Source: an uncultured virus (IMG/VR IMGVR_UViG_2534682017_000001) (Duplodnaviria > Heunggongvirae > Uroviricota > Caudoviricetes). From it: 64,000 nt of DNA. The stretch lies in the IMG/VR virus record IMGVR_UViG_2534682017_000001; one strand, written 5' to 3'. Of this stretch, positions 58,730-64,000 are shown piece after piece. The position numbers and the translations under genes are program-made. Under the pieces are notes generated by a model. The model was given only the letters and a program-made list of their open reading frames with translations. It was not told the origin of the DNA and ran no database searches. Position 1 is the first letter of the stretch, and every line of letters starts with the position of its first letter.

Positions 58730-59659
58730 ATGAGTCAGATTTTACAATATTTACCATTTGGCAATTATAGAAAATACCTTAGACCAGCTGTTGACGGTTG
58801 TATGGGACTTATGACTCATGTAGCCGAACTTACATGGTCAGATGGAATTAATCGAGAGTCCTACGTAAAGTTCTATAGTGAAAATAAAAAACGAGCCTTA
58901 TTAAATGAGGCTATTGGGTACCTTTTAATAAGTGGTTTAGGACTACCACAACCAGAATTAGCTGGCTTTCTTGCATTTAATATATCTGAAGAATCTACTC
59001 CTGAAATATGGTCTCAAGTATCGGAAGTCGATAGATATAGAGGTGTAACGTATGCATGGGTATGTACCAATACAAATGGTATTAATAGAAGACTAGAGCT
59101 AGACCAAGCTCAAACGCCTGAAATAAAAGATTATTTGACCGCACATATTATAGAGTCACTAAAAAAATGGGAAAAACTTCCTCATCTAATTATGTGTGAT
59201 GACTGGCTAGCAAATGATGACCGTAATCTTGGCAATCTATTGGAACTTCCAAATAGAACTTTCACATTGATAGACCATGGAGGAATTCTTTATGGTGACA
59301 ATTGGTCACCATGGGACATTATGAGAAGTGCATTGATAAATGGAAATTTTCAAAAAATGTATATGAATATTCTAAAACAGAGATTCAGTGGTTTATTTTG
59401 GAAAGAAAGTTTATTGGATGAATTAGAAAAAGCAAAAAATGAGCATTCAGCTGCATTTAATTCTGTTAAAGAAGAGATTTATCAATTAATAAATGATTTC
59501 CTGGGAGATGAGAAAATTAATGTAGGCATTCCACCAAATCCTATACAAAATGTAAGCAATATATTGCAAGACACACTTGCCCAGAATGCTGTACAAGTTG
59601 GAAATATTGAAGCAAAATGCGACATATGGCTTTCTGCAACGCATAGCAATGTTGCTTAA
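58730..59659 (+). CDS. HipA-like kinase
   Basis: 'YVKF', 'LLNE..G..L...LGLPQP', 'DDWLANDDRNLGNLL', 'LIDHG'. Confidence 0.85.
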   Translation: MSQILQYLPFGNYRKYLRPAVDGCMGLMTHVAELTWSDGINRESYVKFYSENKKRALLNEAIGYLLISGLGLPQPELAGFLAFNISEESTPEIWSQVSEVDRYRGVTYAWVCTNTNGINRRLELDQAQTPEIKDYLTAHIIESLKKWEKLPHLIMCDDWLANDDRNLGNLLELPNRTFTLIDHGGILYGDNWSPWDIMRSALINGNFQKMYMNILKQRFSGLFWKESLLDELEKAKNEHSAAFNSVKEEIYQLINDFLGDEKINVGIPPNPIQNVSNILQDTLAQNAVQVGNIEAKCDIWLSATHSNVA

Positions 59660-60582
59660 TGGGTAACATTATGAATTTTAAAAAATTTGAAGAAAAATTT
59701 GTACAAAATCAAAATACTGAAGAGCTTATTCAAGCTTCATGGTCACAAGTTAGATTTACACCAGATTTGGTTACAAATGAGCAATTAGCTATAGGTGTAC
59801 TAATTAATTTTGATGGAATAGTTCATACAAAATTTATTGAAGACTTTTCTAGAGTTGAATGTGCTTATGGTAGTGAAATTGTCGGGTATATAAAATCATG
59901 TATTGAGCTGTTTGAAGACTTTCTTCACAGTAATTATGAATCTTCTTTTTCTTCTCAACTTATCTTAGAAAAACGTGGGTTAATTCAAGGAGAATCTATT
60001 AATAATCTTCTTGATGAGCTTCTAGAACGAGCTGCACCTCTATCACTACCTCATTCAAATAGAAGCAAGTATAAAAAACAATTTCATACCATTAAGACTG
60101 TTAAATTTCATTCGGAAGTTAAAAGTTATATTAAGCAAAAAATAGGCGAAATTTATAAAGAAATTTTTACCGAAAATGAAACTGTATTAGTAGGCGATCC
60201 TTCAATTGGTTATAGAAGACTACCTGTAGCGATTAATATTGAAAAAAATAATAAAATTGGAGATCTCTTTTCTACTGTTTATGCCACACCCGAAACTATA
60301 GAAATCAACTGTTTAAAGGCATTAGAAAACTTAAGAACCGTTAAAAAATATACTAAAAATAATAGTGATTTTAGACTTTTTATGTTATCACCAGATGACT
60401 ACAACTTGGATCTTATGAGTAGATCAGAAAAGGCTAAACGGCAAGATATTATAGGAAACTTTAAATGGGGCTTGCGTTCCGAAGGAATTGACCTCATTGA
60501 AGAACAATCCATTAATAAAGTTTCTGAGGAATTAATAGATTGGTCTGGAATTGATAATCAGCATAATTTAGAAGAAGTATAA
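59659..60582 (+). CDS. DUF3037-like partner of the HipA-like kinase
   Basis: 'VRFTPDLVTNEQLAIGV'; TAATG coupling. Confidence 0.65.
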   Translation: MGNIMNFKKFEEKFVQNQNTEELIQASWSQVRFTPDLVTNEQLAIGVLINFDGIVHTKFIEDFSRVECAYGSEIVGYIKSCIELFEDFLHSNYESSFSSQLILEKRGLIQGESINNLLDELLERAAPLSLPHSNRSKYKKQFHTIKTVKFHSEVKSYIKQKIGEIYKEIFTENETVLVGDPSIGYRRLPVAINIEKNNKIGDLFSTVYATPETIEINCLKALENLRTVKKYTKNNSDFRLFMLSPDDYNLDLMSRSEKAKRQDIIGNFKWGLRSEGIDLIEEQSINKVSEELIDWSGIDNQHNLEEV

Positions 60583-60600
60583 ATTTTACCCCTTGTATCC

Positions 60601-60628
60601 AACCCACCACCACGGTGGGTTTTCTTTT
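60601..60628 (+). terminator. Terminator closing the immunity operon
   Basis: AACCCACC...GGTGGGTTTTCTTTT. Confidence 0.8.
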
Positions 60629-60646
60629 GCTTATTGAACATTAATT

Positions 60647-60717
60647 TACCAAAAGAGTAAAAATTAATTTTTATAATTTTACCTAACAGGTATTTACTTT
60701 ATTTTACCTAATAGGTA
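60647..60717. promoter_or_regulatory. OL operators
   Basis: TACCAAAAGAGTA 60647, TACCTAACAGGTA 60680, TACCTAATAGGTA 60705; same consensus as OR. Confidence 0.8.
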
Positions 60718-60797
60718 TATTTTATTCATCAAGGCAACAAAAAAGCACACCGACTCTCTGACCTTTCGATGTGCTTTGCAAACTTTGCGAGATAAGT

Positions 60798-60986
60798 ATG
60801 AAACAAAATCCTATTCCTAGTCAAACAACTTCACGCCTGTATCAACACCCAACTGTTGAAGAACAGCGCCCTTCTCGTTTAGCTACCATTAAAGCGAATG
60901 TCATCGATTTCATTAAGTTTATTGCCCTTTCATTCATCCTTTGGGTCATTGCTGTAACTGCAGCAGCTTGGATGATGGGAGGCTGA
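60798..60986 (+). CDS. Small early protein with C-terminal TM
   Basis: First ORF after OL. Confidence 0.65.
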   Translation: MKQNPIPSQTTSRLYQHPTVEEQRPSRLATIKANVIDFIKFIALSFILWVIAVTAAAWMMGG

Positions 60987-60988
60987 TC

Positions 60989-61318
60989 ATGAATGCTCAA
61001 TTCAAACCACATCCAGATGGTATTAAAGCCTATATCGGCCATGACCGCTTAACGGGTCTTTACTCTGTACGTATCGACTGGACTGTTTATGCAGCTAATG
61101 CAAACGGCAGTGTGCTTTACACCGTAAAAGGTAAAGTAAAGACACCTTTAAATGTTGAAGAGTTTAAGGCTAAGCGCCCTAAGGTTTATACAGCCTTAAT
61201 GAATGAGATTAGCTTTCAGCGCAAAAAAGCATTAGCAACTGCTCTAGAACTTAGCAACATCCCTTCATATGACCGCAAAGCTTACAAGAAGAAGCGCGGC
61301 TTTACGGGCAGCCGATAG
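60989..61318 (+). CDS. Hypothetical early protein
   Basis: GGAGG RBS before MNAQFKP. Confidence 0.7.
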   Translation: MNAQFKPHPDGIKAYIGHDRLTGLYSVRIDWTVYAANANGSVLYTVKGKVKTPLNVEEFKAKRPKVYTALMNEISFQRKKALATALELSNIPSYDRKAYKKKRGFTGSR

Positions 61319-61324
61319 GAGATT

Positions 61325-62401
61325 ATGAATATGTCAGTTTTCTTTAAAAAAGCAGAACGTAAAAACGCAAAACTACGCTTAGCAATAGCGGGTCCAACTG
61401 GTTCAGGTAAAACATTTACGGCTTTGATTTTAGCTAAGGGTATTGGCGGGCGTATTGCTGTCGCTGATACGGAAAATAGTAGCGCTGAACTATATGAAGA
61501 TTTAGTTGAGTTTGAGCATGCAAATATTCAACCTCCTTACACACCTGAAAAGTTTATTGAAGTTATTAAAGCTGCTGAAAAGGCTAACTTCGACACTTTA
61601 ATTTTAGACAGCATTACACATGAATGGTCTGGCGTAGGTGGATGCTTAGAAATTGTTGATCAATTAGCTTCTACCACATTCAAAGGTAATTCTTGGGGCG
61701 CATGGAGTCAGGTAACTCCACGCCATCGAAAATTCATTGATGCAATGTTGCAGTCAAGCATAAATATCATTGTAACCATGCGCTCAAAAATGGAAACGAT
61801 TCAAACCAACGACAACGGCAAAAAGAAAGTTGAAAAAGTTGGAATGAAGGCAGAACAGCGTGATGGCATTGAATATGAATTTACCACTGTACTTGATTTA
61901 ACTCATGACAATATTGCTGTGGCTACTAAAGACCGTTCACGTTTGTTTTTAGATCCAAGACAACTTGGTGAAAATGACGGAGTTTTATTAAAACAGTGGC
62001 TCCTTTCAGGTTCTGCTAATGCATGTATCAATGGCAATCAATATTTAGAACTTGAGCATTTAATGCTGCAAGCTGGTATCGATATTGAAAAGTTCTGCAA
62101 AAAGCGGAGTCTCAATAGCCTTCATGATGTGAAACAACAAGTGTTTGAAGAGACATGTGAAGGCATTAAGAAAATCATTCAACAAAATCTACAGGCTCAG
62201 CAAGCCAATGAAAAACAACTCATTGAGCAGCAAGAAAAGACCTTAGAAAGTGACTATCAAATAGCGCTTAAGCACATAGAGGCAGCTCAGTCACCTAATG
62301 ATCTGGACTACTCTGTAAATTATTTCAAAGGCACTAAATACGAGCAAAACATACTTAATGTATGCACTGCTAAATCAGATATGGAAGGATGGACAACATG
62401 A
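61325..62401 (+). CDS. Sak4-like AAA ATPase (recombination)
   Basis: Walker A 'GPTGSGKT', 'LILDSITHEW', 'EQRDGIEYEF'. Confidence 0.85.
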   Translation: MNMSVFFKKAERKNAKLRLAIAGPTGSGKTFTALILAKGIGGRIAVADTENSSAELYEDLVEFEHANIQPPYTPEKFIEVIKAAEKANFDTLILDSITHEWSGVGGCLEIVDQLASTTFKGNSWGAWSQVTPRHRKFIDAMLQSSINIIVTMRSKMETIQTNDNGKKKVEKVGMKAEQRDGIEYEFTTVLDLTHDNIAVATKDRSRLFLDPRQLGENDGVLLKQWLLSGSANACINGNQYLELEHLMLQAGIDIEKFCKKRSLNSLHDVKQQVFEETCEGIKKIIQQNLQAQQANEKQLIEQQEKTLESDYQIALKHIEAAQSPNDLDYSVNYFKGTKYEQNILNVCTAKSDMEGWTT

Positions 62402-63348
62402 ATAATTTAATTAGTGCAGCTGAAGCATTTACAGCCTTACAAGTTGGAAAAACTGTCTTATGCCGTCCTATCGGAGACATTCTGGATTTCGCAGAATTGG
62501 ATCAATTCCCTGCCACAATTTTTGCTAAATCAGGTTATGAATTCTGCATTAAAGTTGAAACTGTTCAATTAGCTGGATTCACCTTTACTAAGCCTTACGC
62601 TTTAGATGAACTACAGCAAGGCCAAGAAATCTTTGTCGTAAGTAATACTGGAAGTATTGTTAAAGGTGCTTTCATTCCTAATTACGAAGAACTCGTTAGT
62701 GCCGTTAAGAATGGTTTTGTTCAACGTGATGCTGCAAATGCAGAATTACAAATGAAAGCTTTTCAAAAAGCTTTAGGACTTGAATGTGAAATCATATTTA
62801 AAGAAGCGGATTTCACTTCATTCATGAAAGCAGATGCAAAACTAAAGAAATCAAATTTAGTACGTATTGTTGAAGCTTTAGAGCAGCAAGAAGCTGAGCA
62901 GTTGAATAGCCAAAGTTCAACATCAAATGATGTTGAAAAAAAGACATTACCTGAAGCAGAGCAAAGAAACGATAGTATCGAAGATGATTATCAAAAAACC
63001 TTAGATACCCTTCTACAACGAGTCAGTGAGTCAAAGACACCTGCAGAAGTAAACGCTGTTTATCGCTATACACGTGCGTGGACTGATAAGCAAATGGAAC
63101 CTTTACTTCAAGCTACGCATAAACGTTTAACCGAACTTGCAGAAGTAAAGCCTATAGATAGTGAGCCACCGTCGTTGTTGGTTCAAATCCAGACCGCATC
63201 CGACCTTACCACTTTAGATGCTTTGGAAATTGATGTTTCAGGAAGAGATCCACTAATTCAACCAAAGCTCATGGGAGCTGTTAAAAAGCGTCGCTTTGAA
63301 TTAGAAAATGCCGCTTCCAACGAACCAGATTATTTACTGGAGGATTAA
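62389..63348 (+). CDS. Hypothetical early protein
   Basis: 319-aa ORF in operon. Confidence 0.75.
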   Translation: MDNMNNLISAAEAFTALQVGKTVLCRPIGDILDFAELDQFPATIFAKSGYEFCIKVETVQLAGFTFTKPYALDELQQGQEIFVVSNTGSIVKGAFIPNYEELVSAVKNGFVQRDAANAELQMKAFQKALGLECEIIFKEADFTSFMKADAKLKKSNLVRIVEALEQQEAEQLNSQSSTSNDVEKKTLPEAEQRNDSIEDDYQKTLDTLLQRVSESKTPAEVNAVYRYTRAWTDKQMEPLLQATHKRLTELAEVKPIDSEPPSLLVQIQTASDLTTLDALEIDVSGRDPLIQPKLMGAVKKRRFELENAASNEPDYLLED

Positions 63349-63350
63349 CA

Positions 63351-63494
63351 ATGAGCTTCCGTTACTCCTCTACTGCCCGAACACTCATTGTGTTCGGCAA
63401 CCTGATGAATCATTACTACGACAATGTGAACCCGTCTCAAATCGACAACTTGGTGGATGAGGCGAAATTTAAAGAAGCGACTTGGAGAAAGTAA
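63351..63494 (+). CDS. Small hypothetical protein, 47 aa (not in ORF track)
   Basis: GAGGA RBS; MSFRYSSTARTLIVFG...ATWRK*; fills the operon gap. Confidence 0.6.
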   Translation: MSFRYSSTARTLIVFGNLMNHYYDNVNPSQIDNLVDEAKFKEATWRK

Positions 63495-63503
63495 GGAAGA
63501 CCT

Positions 63504-63710
63504 ATGGCTTGTCTAATCAAAGTATCTGAGTTTATTAAACGGGTTTATGGCGGCAAAGATGCAACCCCTCCAGCCCCTCAAACCATTACTCGTAGTTGCC
63601 GGCGTGGTGAATTACCGGCTGAACAAATCGGCAGGATCTGGTACATAGACTGGGAGATTTACCGAAAACGTACCGGTAATGAACTTGTTGACCGCGTTTT
63701 AAGAGGTTGA
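63504..63710 (+). CDS. xis: Excisionase
   Basis: 'QTITRSCRRGELPAEQIGRIWYID'; abuts integrase. Confidence 0.8.
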   Translation: MACLIKVSEFIKRVYGGKDATPPAPQTITRSCRRGELPAEQIGRIWYIDWEIYRKRTGNELVDRVLRG

Positions 63711-63711
63711 A

Positions 63712-64000
63712 ATGGCAAGGCCTCGTAATACAAAGAACAAAGACTTACCAGCTAACCTTTATCGTGGTGAAGGTAGTGCATGGCGCTATCGACATCCGGT
63801 AACTGGTAAGTTTCATTCAATGGGTTCTGATAAATCAAAAGCGATCATAGCAGCACGGAAACTTAATGAATTACTCATCCCGTCAGATGATCTGATTGGT
63901 AAAGTTATGGGTGGAGTGTTTTTTGGTGAATTTGCAAATGAGTACTTAGCAAATAAACGACGTAAAGATGGTAAACCAGTAGCCAGCACAACAATTGAAA
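63712..64000 (+). CDS. int: Tyrosine integrase, N-terminal arm-binding part (truncated by window)
   Basis: MARPRNTKNKDLPANLYR...WRYRHPVTGKFHSMG...AARKLN. Confidence 0.85.
   Translation, partial: MARPRNTKNKDLPANLYRGEGSAWRYRHPVTGKFHSMGSDKSKAIIAARKLNELLIPSDDLIGKVMGGVFFGEFANEYLANKRRKDGKPVASTTIE

Larger units (their letters stand above)
1..64000. mobile_element. Temperate siphovirus-type prophage (probably Acinetobacter); both ends unresolved, and 1-3251 may belong to a neighbouring phage element
   Basis: Complete lambdoid gene order int-xis-early-cI/cro-rep-Q-terminase-portal-capsid-tail-holin-lysin; integrase runs off the window; no att identified. Confidence 0.95.

Noticed and set aside
1..64000. 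tRNA, rRNA, IS elements, att core
   Set aside because: None recognised by eye; tRNAscan-SE, an IS search and flanking sequence are needed to exclude them

Overview
The window is almost entirely one lambdoid, siphovirus-type prophage. The host is probably Acinetobacter, inferred from the gene families, the AT richness and an UmuDAb-type SOS box. From the right end it reads: integrase (cut by the window edge), excisionase, leftward early genes with a Sak4-like ATPase, immunity region (cI/cro/cII with TACC-N5-GGTA operators), replication initiator with internal iterons, Q, a ~6.3 kb AT-rich accessory island, late promoter pR', terminase/portal/head/tail genes (minus strand), tailspike, holin, endolysin, then a SRAP-AbiH-umuDC block and a P22 immI-like arc/mnt/antirepressor block. 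No att site, rRNA, tRNA or CRISPR array was recognised. Best leads: (1) an overlapping gene pair (50472-51645) in which a small 2-TM protein and a LPO_1073/Vpar_1526-like protein share a 20-aa Q/N/S-rich motif, the layout of amyloid signalling systems; (2) a lipoprotein with an inovirus-adhesin-like N-terminus and an Ntox16-like C-terminus plus an immunity-like gene; (3) a Nudix + SRA-HNH operon; (4) two unannotated Pro-rich micropeptides behind a 2-TM gene; (5) a terminator/pseudoknot leader on an antirepressor; (6) a HipA-like kinase pair in the rexAB position; (7) stacked endolysin/umuC 3'-end relics. Family names come from remembered motifs, not database searches.
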